A stretch of 64,000 nucleotides of DNA from an uncultured Pelagibacteraceae bacterium (GTDB lineage: Bacteria > Pseudomonadota > Alphaproteobacteria > Pelagibacterales > AG-422-B15), in contig CACNCV010000002.1 in NCBI GenBank assembly GCA_902619105.1, forward strand, positions 17,092 to 81,091, read 5' to 3'. Both the position numbers and the translations under genes were made by a program. Below, piece by piece: positions 41,016 through 49,644 of the stretch (position 1 is its first letter; each line of letters opens with the position of its first letter). The notes beneath the pieces were generated by a model. The model was not told the origin of the DNA. It searched no databases and was given only the letters and a program-made list of their open reading frames with translations.

Positions 41016-41915
41016 TTAATAGGTACAAATTACTGCATTTATAATAGATGCCATTCTAGATTTTTCATCATCTGATCTACTTGTTATAACAACAGGACTT
41101 TTACCGCCAATTACAAATCCTCCAGCAGTAGCGTTCGCAAAATGTACAAGAGATTTAACTAGTGCATTTCCTGTTTCTATATTTGGAACAAGAATAACAT
41201 TGGCATTTCCTGGAACTTTCCCTAGTGTTCCTTTTATTTTTGCTGACTCTTGTGAAATAGCATTATCTAAAGCAAAAGGTCCTTCAACAGGAGTATCTGA
41301 ATAATTAATTTTTGCCCATTCAACAAGATCATGTGCTTCAATAGAGCTTGGCATTTGCTTTAGTTTCTCTTCGGTTGCTGATAAAACGGCAACATATGGA
41401 TTGAAAGATGGAATTTTTTTTGTGTACTCGAGAACATTTGATAAAATATGTTTTTTTGTCTCCAAATTTGGGGATATATTCAAAGCACCATCAGTAATAA
41501 TAATTGGATTACGCGAATCATTTGAAAAAGTCATGAACCAAATGTGGCTTAAGCGCTTTCCCCTAATTCTTAAATTATATTCTTTTTTTATATACTCACC
41601 CATCAAAACATCAGTATGAAGATGACCTTTAATGATTATATTTTTTTCTAAACCGCCGCTCCTACTCGTTACTTCACAGGCAATTTTTGATGACATTTCT
41701 TCTGAATTACTCTCTATTATTTTATCTTTTGATAATGACCATTCGTGCTTATCAATAAAGGCTGTTATAAAATCCAAATTACCTATAAGTACTGGATTTA
41801 TTAATTTTTGAGTTTCTGCATCCATAATTGTCTTCAGAATCAAATCATTATTAGCATTAGCAACTATACCATTAACAATTCTTTTTTTATCAATATAATC
41901 AATGTTTTGTATCAT
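41016..41915 (-). CDS. Phosphate acetyl/butyryltransferase
   Basis: KGHLHT, TDGALNISP, GPFALDNA, PNIETGN and TSRSD motifs. Confidence 0.85.
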   Translation of the reverse strand: MIQNIDYIDKKRIVNGIVANANNDLILKTIMDAETQKLINPVLIGNLDFITAFIDKHEWSLSKDKIIESNSEEMSSKIACEVTSRSGGLEKNIIIKGHLHTDVLMGEYIKKEYNLRIRGKRLSHIWFMTFSNDSRNPIIITDGALNISPNLETKKHILSNVLEYTKKIPSFNPYVAVLSATEEKLKQMPSSIEAHDLVEWAKINYSDTPVEGPFALDNAISQESAKIKGTLGKVPGNANVILVPNIETGNALVKSLVHFANATAGGFVIGGKSPVVITSRSDDEKSRMASIINAVICTY

Positions 41916-42235
41916 TTTAATAAAGTAAAATTTTAATAAATATGTTAAGTAAAGTAATTGTTTAATAAAATATTATAATATACTGATTTTACTTAAAATT
42001 TTTAAAATAATTAAATAAATAAGCCCCTAATATCAAAATCAAAATAATGAATGAAAATGCATAAAATATAAGTGACAAGTCTTGAAATAATGAAATTAAA
42101 AACTCAATCACTTTATGCAAAAATCAGTGTCAATGCCCAATAAAGTAGATATAAGAATGAGATCGTTACTAGGCCACCTATTATCCAGTCTAACATACGA
42201 TAATTTTAACATAATTTTGCAAATATTACATAAAT

Positions 42236-43426
42236 ATGAATAGAGAATACGATTTAATAATCTATGGGGCATCTGGTTTTACCGGGAGATTGGCTGTTGA
42301 GTACTTAGATGAAAACTATAGCGACCTAAATTGGGCTATAGCAGGACGTAATGAGGATAAATTAGTCAATATATCCAACAATAGTAAGTGTAAACCTGAT
42401 TATTTTATTGCAGACAGTGAAGATAGTGAAAATTTACTAAAAATTGCTTTCAAAACGCGTGTTATTGCATCTTTAGCTGGCCCATTTAACAAGTATAGCG
42501 ATAATTTAGTTGCACAATGCGTTGAAGCTGGAACACATTATTTAGACATTACTGGGGAAAATATTTGGGTGCGTGATCTTATTGATAAGCATCACGAAGA
42601 AGCAGAAAAAAAGCAAATAAAAATCATTCCATCATGTGGATATGACTCTATTCCATCAGATATGGGGTGCTTTTACTTACAAAGAAGTCTCAATCAAGAG
42701 CTACAGAGAATTGATGGTTATCATCGAGGCAATGGAGGTGTAAGTGGTGGCACAATTGAAAGTGCGTTTTCCATGCGTAACTACAAAAGCAAATATTCAA
42801 TGGGACATCCATTTTTACTCAATTCAAAGGAATATATAAAAACTCAAAATATTTCTGAAAATAAGGATAATTTCAAAATAAAATACATCGATGATATTAA
42901 ATTATGGTCAGCGCCTTTTGTTATGGCAATTGCAAACACTAGAGTTGTCAGAAGAAGCTCTGAAATCCATGATAAAAATCAGGCAAGTTATGGAAGTGAA
43001 TTTAAATATCAAGAATATATGATGTTAAAAAAATACAGTTCTGCATTTCTTGTAACAGCCGGACTTGCTGTTTTTGGGCTGATGTTAATAAGCCCAATAA
43101 GTGGTCTCTTTAGAAAATTGTTTACTAAAGCTGGTAATGGACCTGATAAAAAAACAAGAGAAAATGGTTGGTTTGAGAGTATTTTTATTGGAAAAAATAA
43201 AAATAACGAAAAATATAAATTGAGGATTTTTTGCAAAGGTGATCCCGGTTATAAATCAACTGCTAAATTAATATGCGAGTCCGCTCTATGTCTTGCATTA
43301 AATAGTGAAAATCTCCCCAATACCAACGCTGGTGGTGTCTTAACCACTTCAACTGGCCTAGGGTCAACATTAATTGATAGATTAAAAAAAGCTGACGTTT
43401 TATTTGAAGGTCCAAGTAAAATATAG
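42236..43426 (+). CDS. Saccharopine dehydrogenase-like oxidoreductase (trans-acting enoyl reductase family)
   Basis: GASGFTG, YLDITGE, CGYDSIPSD and GDPGY motifs. Confidence 0.85.
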   Translation: MNREYDLIIYGASGFTGRLAVEYLDENYSDLNWAIAGRNEDKLVNISNNSKCKPDYFIADSEDSENLLKIAFKTRVIASLAGPFNKYSDNLVAQCVEAGTHYLDITGENIWVRDLIDKHHEEAEKKQIKIIPSCGYDSIPSDMGCFYLQRSLNQELQRIDGYHRGNGGVSGGTIESAFSMRNYKSKYSMGHPFLLNSKEYIKTQNISENKDNFKIKYIDDIKLWSAPFVMAIANTRVVRRSSEIHDKNQASYGSEFKYQEYMMLKKYSSAFLVTAGLAVFGLMLISPISGLFRKLFTKAGNGPDKKTRENGWFESIFIGKNKNNEKYKLRIFCKGDPGYKSTAKLICESALCLALNSENLPNTNAGGVLTTSTGLGSTLIDRLKKADVLFEGPSKI

Positions 43427-43505
43427 ATTGTTAAGATAACCCAAAATGGGTATTTATAAGCTTTAATTTTAAACCATATTATTAGATAATCTTTCTAAAG
43501 CCCAA

Positions 43506-43532
43506 TGTAGGTGCGGTTTTTCTGCACCTACA
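43506..43532. other. Stable 11-bp stem hairpin
   Basis: tgtaggtgcgg-ttttt-ctgcacctaca, just upstream of the SD of the HTH gene; no clear U-tract. Confidence 0.6.
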
Positions 43533-43558
43533 AATTAACACTTGGAGAAATCACTTAT

Positions 43559-43843
43559 ATGGTACAAAATGAAACTGGAATGTTTGTCATGCCATATAAA
43601 AAACTTGATAACAGCAAATCTGATATGGACGAAGAGCTAGTAAATAAAATTAAGGAAATTTCAAAATTAAGAAAATCTATCTCAATAGATTTAAAAACCA
43701 TCGCTTCAAAAACAAAAATCTCTACAAATCAACTAAAGAACATTGAATCGTTTAAATTCGATCGCTTGCCTCCAAATCCAATGAGATCGGCTTTTATTGA
43801 TCAGTATTGCACTGAAGTAGAAAAGCTTAATAAAATCTCTTAG
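43559..43843 (+). CDS. Stand-alone helix-turn-helix protein (HTH_25/RodZ N-terminal-like)
   Basis: LKTIASKTKISTNQLKNIE...FDRLP...AFIDQY pattern; SD ggag before ATG 43559. Confidence 0.65.
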   Translation: MVQNETGMFVMPYKKLDNSKSDMDEELVNKIKEISKLRKSISIDLKTIASKTKISTNQLKNIESFKFDRLPPNPMRSAFIDQYCTEVEKLNKIS

Positions 43844-44295
43844 ATATAATTTCTCTTAAGAAGCCTGTTGTACAAATAAGCAAAAACAACAATTATAAAA
43901 GCCCCAACAGCAACAGGTAAGAAAACAAAGCTTAAAGTCTGGCCAGTTAATATAACAATTATTGGATTTGCTCCAGCAGGCGGATGAACGGTATTAGTGA
44001 TCATCATCACAAAAACAGCTAAAGCCACTCCTAAGCCTAATGAGATAAACGTATTACCGAGAAGATAAAAAATAATTACCCCAGACAGTGCTGATAGTAT
44101 ATGGCCAAGTATTAAATTTTTAGGTTTTGCAAGCGGGCTATCATAAACAGCCATGACTAAAACCATTGATGCGCCAAAGGGCGGTATAAGCCATATCGAA
44201 CCTTCAATTGAAGAATTTAAATATGCTAAAAATCCTATACACACAAAAGCTCCTAATGAACTAAATAATGCATTGATCAAAGCTTGTTTATTCAT
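43840..44295 (-). CDS. HPP family membrane protein
   Basis: PPFGAS, SPLAKP and VHPPAGA motifs. Confidence 0.9.
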   Translation of the reverse strand: MNKQALINALFSSLGAFVCIGFLAYLNSSIEGSIWLIPPFGASMVLVMAVYDSPLAKPKNLILGHILSALSGVIIFYLLGNTFISLGLGVALAVFVMMITNTVHPPAGANPIIVILTGQTLSFVFLPVAVGAFIIVVFAYLYNRLLKRNYI

Positions 44296-44309
44296 TAATT
44301 TAATTGTCT

Positions 44310-44708
44310 ATGATAAAACTCTATTTGACTACCCTATTTTACTTTTTGATAATCGATACAATCGGTATTCAAACATTTGTTGTACGTATTTATAATAAAA
44401 ATCTTCCAGATAATCTAAAAATTAATCTCGATATAACTTCCGCTGTAATTTTTTATCTAATATTTGTACTCGGGCTAGTTTATTTTGTAGTGGCTCCATT
44501 TAAGAATGCTTCTTTAACAAGTATAATAGTGCCAGCAGCTATGTATGGACTTGCTACTTACGCAACATATGCACTAACTGTAAAAGCGGTGTTTAATGTA
44601 TTTAACTGGACTATTGTTATTTCAGATATTGCATGGGGTATGGCACTCTGTACTGCAATTTCACTACTGACTGTATATACAATCAGCAAGGTTGGATTTC
44701 TAAATTAA
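44310..44708 (+). CDS. DUF2177 family membrane protein
   Basis: YGLATYATYALT and DIAWG motifs. Confidence 0.8.
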   Translation: MIKLYLTTLFYFLIIDTIGIQTFVVRIYNKNLPDNLKINLDITSAVIFYLIFVLGLVYFVVAPFKNASLTSIIVPAAMYGLATYATYALTVKAVFNVFNWTIVISDIAWGMALCTAISLLTVYTISKVGFLN

Positions 44709-44751
44709 TTATTGTTTTAAATAATAAATTCAATAAATTGATCTCTTCAAG

Positions 44752-44844
<93 letters not shown>

Positions 44845-44853
44845 GAATTTTTA

Positions 44854-45162
44854 TTAACCTGCTCTATCAGACCTTTTTTGACCAAGACTAGCATCAACCC
44901 ATGTTTCATCCATCACGCAAGATGCGGCATCACCTAAATCAAAAAATGCCTTCATTGCCTCTCCCGTAGGCTCAGCTCCAATTCCCCAAGAGCCTGTTTC
45001 AGCTTCTACTACGAATGCAACCATATTTGGATTTGGCCAATAGAATTTTGCTGAATGAACTCCATCAGTACTTTTTGCAACCTTACACAAATTCAATGCA
45101 GCTGTTCCCAGTTTATCTCTGCTTGCATTTTCTTGTCTTTCCCATTTGCTTATGTGTAACAT
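44854..45162 (-). CDS. Hypothetical protein (102 aa)
   Basis: Strong SD aaggag; coding-like composition; no family recognised. Confidence 0.75.
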   Translation of the reverse strand: MLHISKWERQENASRDKLGTAALNLCKVAKSTDGVHSAKFYWPNPNMVAFVVEAETGSWGIGAEPTGEAMKAFFDLGDAASCVMDETWVDASLGQKRSDRAG

Positions 45163-45224
45163 GATGTCTCCTTTGTAAAAAAATTATTGATTGAATTTAT
45201 GTTAAGTATGAAATTTGAGTTAGT

Positions 45225-45267
45225 AATTAGTATATTTTAACACTAATACTTATGTATTAATATTTTA
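45225..45267 (+). repeat. 43-bp imperfect direct repeat, copy 1
   Basis: aattagtatattttaacactaatacttatgtattaatatttta; 38/43 identical to 47024-47066. Confidence 0.75.
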
Positions 45268-45279
45268 CGATCTAAATAC

Positions 45280-46950
45280 TTACCTTTGATACATCTGATA
45301 GTTAGGACTTTGCCAGGTTTTTAATTCAATTCGAGGCAGAGGGTTATCACCCAATATGTTATCACTTATTTTTTCAGCAATCATAATTGTTGGTGCATTT
45401 GTATTTCCATTTGTAGCAAAAGGCATAATCGAAGCATCAACGACTCGCAAATTATTGAAGCCATGAACTCTGCCTTGATTATCAACAACTGCATTTTTAT
45501 CTGTTTTTAGCCCCATGCGAGCCGTACAGCACAAGTGCCATTGACTCGTAATGTTGGAATTTAATTTTGCATCAAGTTCGTCATCTGATTTGTAGTTTTC
45601 ACCAGGAAAGATTTCATCACCCTTTATGTTTGAAAAAGCAGGTTGATTAAGTAGTTCGCGCGCCAAACGAATGCCCTTACGTAACAATTCTCTATCACGT
45701 TTGTCTTTGAGATAATTAACAAGAATGCGAGGCGGATCAACAGGATTTTTTGATCGCAATTCGATCTTACCACGACTGTGAGTTCGCATCAAACCGACGT
45801 GAACTTGAAATGCATGTTCTTGAAGCAGTTCCCAACTATTGTCTTTCATGGCAATTGGTGAAATACATAATTGTAAGTCAGGGTACTCAACACCAGGTGC
45901 TGATCTTACACATGCAACAGTATCAAAATGATTGGATGCACACATGCCCTCTTTAGTTAATAGCCATTGGATGCCAGATCCTATACTACTTAATCTCCTT
46001 GTTTTTGGCCAAAGTGAAACAGGTTTTAAGCATTTATATTTCATAATAAAATCAGGATGATCTTGAAGATTTTGTCCAACACCTTGTAAATCAGCTAATG
46101 TAGTAACTCCTATTGAATCTAAATGTTCTTTCGGCCCAATCCCTGAAAGCATAAGTATGTGTGGTGATCCAACTGCACCAGCACTCAGAATTACTTCTTT
46201 TTTTGCCTTTACATTTACTATTTCATTATTTTTATTTTTAAAACATATGCCTTCTGCTGTGTTATCTTTAAAATTTAAATTGCAAACAAGCGCATTTGTT
46301 AAAATTGTTAAATTTTTTCTATTACGTATCGGATCAAGATAACCCTTTGATGCGCTCCATCGCTCACCGTTGAATACTGTCCGATCAAATATACCAAAAC
46401 CTTCTTGGCAAAATCCGCTTATATCATCTGTTTCTTTATATCCCGCTTCTTTTCCTGCATTAATAAAAGCGAGTGAAAGTGGGTCTTTGGGAATGCTTCT
46501 ATGTACCTTTAATGGACCTGAATCACCTCGAAAATCATCCCCTCCTCCACTGTAACACTCCATTTTCTTAAAATACGGCAAGACATCTGCGTATCCCCAT
46601 CCATCGCATCCCATTTGTCTCCAGCCCTCATAATCAAGTGTGTTTCCTCTTATATAGACCATTCCATTTATTGATGATGAGCCACCAAGGGTTTTACCGC
46701 GGTCATGCTGAAGTTGACGACCATTTAGTTCGGGTTCTGGCTCACCTTTAAATGCCCAATTGTGTTTAGTGCTTTTAAGATTCGATAAAACAGCAGCAGG
46801 CATCTTTAAGGTTAAGGATTTGTCTTCCCCGCCCGCTTCAAGAAGAAGGACAGTATTCTTTGAATTTGAGGTCAATCTATTCGCTAATACACAGCCAGCA
46901 GATCCAGCGCCAACAATGATATAGTCATATTCAGTATCGATTTTTACCAT
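45280..46950 (-). CDS. betA: GMC oxidoreductase, choline dehydrogenase-like
   Basis: GAGSAG, GGSSSINGMVYIRG, GQNLQDH, DASIMP and GNTNAPT motifs; substrate not certain. Confidence 0.75.
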   Translation of the reverse strand: MVKIDTEYDYIIVGAGSAGCVLANRLTSNSKNTVLLLEAGGEDKSLTLKMPAAVLSNLKSTKHNWAFKGEPEPELNGRQLQHDRGKTLGGSSSINGMVYIRGNTLDYEGWRQMGCDGWGYADVLPYFKKMECYSGGGDDFRGDSGPLKVHRSIPKDPLSLAFINAGKEAGYKETDDISGFCQEGFGIFDRTVFNGERWSASKGYLDPIRNRKNLTILTNALVCNLNFKDNTAEGICFKNKNNEIVNVKAKKEVILSAGAVGSPHILMLSGIGPKEHLDSIGVTTLADLQGVGQNLQDHPDFIMKYKCLKPVSLWPKTRRLSSIGSGIQWLLTKEGMCASNHFDTVACVRSAPGVEYPDLQLCISPIAMKDNSWELLQEHAFQVHVGLMRTHSRGKIELRSKNPVDPPRILVNYLKDKRDRELLRKGIRLARELLNQPAFSNIKGDEIFPGENYKSDDELDAKLNSNITSQWHLCCTARMGLKTDKNAVVDNQGRVHGFNNLRVVDASIMPFATNGNTNAPTIMIAEKISDNILGDNPLPRIELKTWQSPNYQMYQR

Positions 46951-47023
46951 AATAAATTACTTTTTTTTATACTGCTCAATATTTTTTGACTAGCAGATTA
47001 TTTAATATCAAATCTTATAGAAC

Positions 47024-47066
47024 AATTAATATATTTTATTACTAAAACTTATGTACTAATATTTTA
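47024..47066 (+). repeat. 43-bp imperfect direct repeat, copy 2
   Basis: aattaatatattttattactaaaacttatgtactaatatttta. Confidence 0.75.
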
Positions 47067-47069
47067 TTG

Positions 47070-48017
47070 ATGGCAAAAGAAAATAATTTTTTAGCAATAG
47101 CTTATATTTTAATGGGTATGACTGCATTTGCGTTTCAAGATACTGCAGTAAGATTATTAGCTGTTGATATATCAATACTTCAGGTCATGTTTGCAAGAAG
47201 CGTCATTGCTATTGTTCTTCTTGTACTATTTTTTTATTTTACGGGCCAAAAATTAATTTGGACAACTCATTATCCAAAATTAACAATCTTTAGAACAATA
47301 ATGTTTATATTTGCGTTCGTATTTTATTATATTGGTCTTGCGTACTTGTCTTTTGCAGTTACAACCGCTCTTTTTTTTACGGCACCATTTTTTATTACTA
47401 TATTTTCATCTATTTTTTTAAAAGAAAAAGTTGGAATCATTAGATGGCTAACAATTGTTTATGGTTTTGCAGGTGTAATGCTCATCGTTTCACCAGATTT
47501 CGAGACCATTAATATATTTATGATATTTCCAATACTATGTGCTGCAGGATATTCAGGAAGTATGATTATAATAAAATATACATCAAATGAAGATAATGTT
47601 TACACGCAAACACTTCATGTATACATCGCTACTATAATTTTATGTCCCATAATTACCTATTCTGGATTTTATTTAGATATGGATAATTCTGGAAATGAAA
47701 TTTTGGAATTTTTATTTAGATACTGGTCCTTCAATGACGCAACAACTCTCTTGATGTTATTTTTAGTTGGAGTTTGTGTAATTTTTGGTTTTGTATTTAT
47801 TTTCAATGCATATCGATATGGTAAACCTTATATTGTTGCGCCGTTTGAATATGTATTTTTAATTTGGGCCGTACTATTGGGATGGTTTATATGGAGTGAA
47901 ACTGTTTCATTAAGAACAATAATAGGAATATTAATAATTGTTTCAGCGGGAATATTTATTTTGTATAGAGAGAAAATAAAAGAACAAGAAATAACGACAG
48001 ACCAACCACTAAGATAG
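47070..48017 (+). CDS. DMT/EamA family transporter
   Basis: About 10 TM helices; LKEKVG, APFEY and IFILYRE motifs. Confidence 0.88.
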   Translation: MAKENNFLAIAYILMGMTAFAFQDTAVRLLAVDISILQVMFARSVIAIVLLVLFFYFTGQKLIWTTHYPKLTIFRTIMFIFAFVFYYIGLAYLSFAVTTALFFTAPFFITIFSSIFLKEKVGIIRWLTIVYGFAGVMLIVSPDFETINIFMIFPILCAAGYSGSMIIIKYTSNEDNVYTQTLHVYIATIILCPIITYSGFYLDMDNSGNEILEFLFRYWSFNDATTLLMLFLVGVCVIFGFVFIFNAYRYGKPYIVAPFEYVFLIWAVLLGWFIWSETVSLRTIIGILIIVSAGIFILYREKIKEQEITTDQPLR

Positions 48018-48018
48018 C

Positions 48019-48504
48019 TCAGTCTCTAAAATTAATATATTGAAGAGGTAATTCTAATTTTAGCTCTTTAATTTTCGATATGGCTTCTTGTAAATTGTCT
48101 TTTTTTGCACCACTTATTCTTAGTTCATTTCCTTGAATTTTTGCTTGCACTTTCAATTTTGATTCTTTAATTAATTTTGTAATTTTTTTACCCACTTCTT
48201 GATCAATACCTTCCAATAAATCGTAATTTTGTCTGATTGTATTGCCAGATGCACTTTCAGATGATTTTAGTTTTATTACCTTTGGGTCAACGTTACGTTT
48301 TATTAAATTTGAAATTAGAATATCTAATACCTGTTTAGCCTTCATTTCATCTTCAGATAATAAAATAATCCCTCTCTCAGCTCTCTCTAGCTTTGAAGCA
48401 GAGCCTTTAAAGTCATATCTCTGTCCAATTTCCTTCATTGAATTAGATATAGCATTATCGACCTCCTGCATTTCAACTCTGCTAACAACATCGAAACTAG
48501 GCAC
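48019..48504 (-). CDS. yajQ: YajQ family nucleotide/c-di-GMP-binding protein
   Basis: MPSFDVVS, RYDFKGS, RISGAKKDNLQ and QYINFRD motifs. Confidence 0.95.
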   Translation of the reverse strand: MPSFDVVSRVEMQEVDNAISNSMKEIGQRYDFKGSASKLERAERGIILLSEDEMKAKQVLDILISNLIKRNVDPKVIKLKSSESASGNTIRQNYDLLEGIDQEVGKKITKLIKESKLKVQAKIQGNELRISGAKKDNLQEAISKIKELKLELPLQYINFRD

Positions 48505-49637
48505 TATAATAGAACTCCTTTATTTTCTAATTCTTTGATTTGTTCCTCAGAAAAACCAATATCAAGCATTATGCTTTTGTTATCTTGACCAACTTCAGGC
48601 GCAGGAGATGGCTTATCGGATGGTGTAACACTAAAACGTGGTGCTGGTGATGGTTGGCGTACATCGTTAATATTTACAAAATTATCACGCGCTCTCATAT
48701 GTTTATGATTAGCTGCCTCTTCGATAGAGAGAACTGGTGAATAACAAACATCAGACCCTTCAAAGATTTCATCCCATTCATCCCTTGTTTTAGTTTTAAA
48801 TATTTCAGCTAATTTACTTTTCATATTATCCCACTGATCTAATTGCATTTGATTTTTAAATTCATCACCAAGTTTTAATTTCTCAATTAAGAGTTGGTAA
48901 AATTGAGGTTCTAAAGAGCCTATTGAGACGTGCATGTTGTCTTTTGTCTCATAGACTTGATAAAAGGGCGCGCCACCATCAAATAAATTATTACCTCTAT
49001 TATTTACATTCCATACTCCTGACTGAGATAAACTATGAAATATTGATGTCAGCACTGAAACACCATCTATCATAGCGGCATCAACTACTTGTCCTTTACC
49101 CGTTCTATTCGCTGACAGTAAAGCTGCGCATACACCAAATGCAAGAAACATAGTGCCTCCACCATAATCACCAATTAAATTGAGAGGTATTGATGGTTTA
49201 TTTTCACCCCAAATTGAATATAGAGCACCTGCTAATGCGATATAATTAATATCGTGACCAGCTGCCTTTGCTAGAGGACCATTTTGACCCCAACCAGTAA
49301 TTCTTCCATAAACTAATTTTTCATTTTGTTTTAAACATTCTTCAGGTCCAATCCCTAGTTTTTCAGTTACCCCTGGTCGATAACCTTCTATTAGTGCGTC
49401 TGCATTTTTTATTAATTTAAATAAAACCTCTTTAGACTCGGGATCCTTTAAATTTAAACAAATAGATTTCTTACTTCTTCCTGTAATATCAAATTTTGGT
49501 TGTTGATTAGGCATAACGGTATTTTTTCTATCAACACGAATAACTTCAGCACCAAGATCGGCAAACAACATTCCGCATAATGGTCCTGGTCCAATCCCTG
49601 ACAATTCGATTATCTTATATCCAGATAAAACACCCAT
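48504..49637 (-). CDS. CaiB/BaiF CoA-transferase III (alpha-methylacyl-CoA racemase-like)
   Basis: GIGPGP, ADLGAEV, GHDINYIA and GDYGGG motifs. Confidence 0.9.
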   Translation of the reverse strand: MGVLSGYKIIELSGIGPGPLCGMLFADLGAEVIRVDRKNTVMPNQQPKFDITGRSKKSICLNLKDPESKEVLFKLIKNADALIEGYRPGVTEKLGIGPEECLKQNEKLVYGRITGWGQNGPLAKAAGHDINYIALAGALYSIWGENKPSIPLNLIGDYGGGTMFLAFGVCAALLSANRTGKGQVVDAAMIDGVSVLTSIFHSLSQSGVWNVNNRGNNLFDGGAPFYQVYETKDNMHVSIGSLEPQFYQLLIEKLKLGDEFKNQMQLDQWDNMKSKLAEIFKTKTRDEWDEIFEGSDVCYSPVLSIEEAANHKHMRARDNFVNINDVRQPSPAPRFSVTPSDKPSPAPEVGQDNKSIMLDIGFSEEQIKELENKGVLL

Positions 49638-49644
49638 GTTTCTA

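Noticed and set aside
42204-42231. Reverse XerD-arm-like ttttaacataa
   Set aside because: The partner arm does not resemble XerC; likely chance in AT-rich DNA.
42090-42244. Short ORFs (17 aa and 28 aa) in the long intergenic gap
   Set aside because: No SD, no recognisable features, and one overlaps the next gene's start.
45180-45207. XerD-arm-like ttatgttaagt at 45197
   Set aside because: No XerC-like arm at 6-bp spacing. The ttatgta inside the 43-bp repeats fails the same test.
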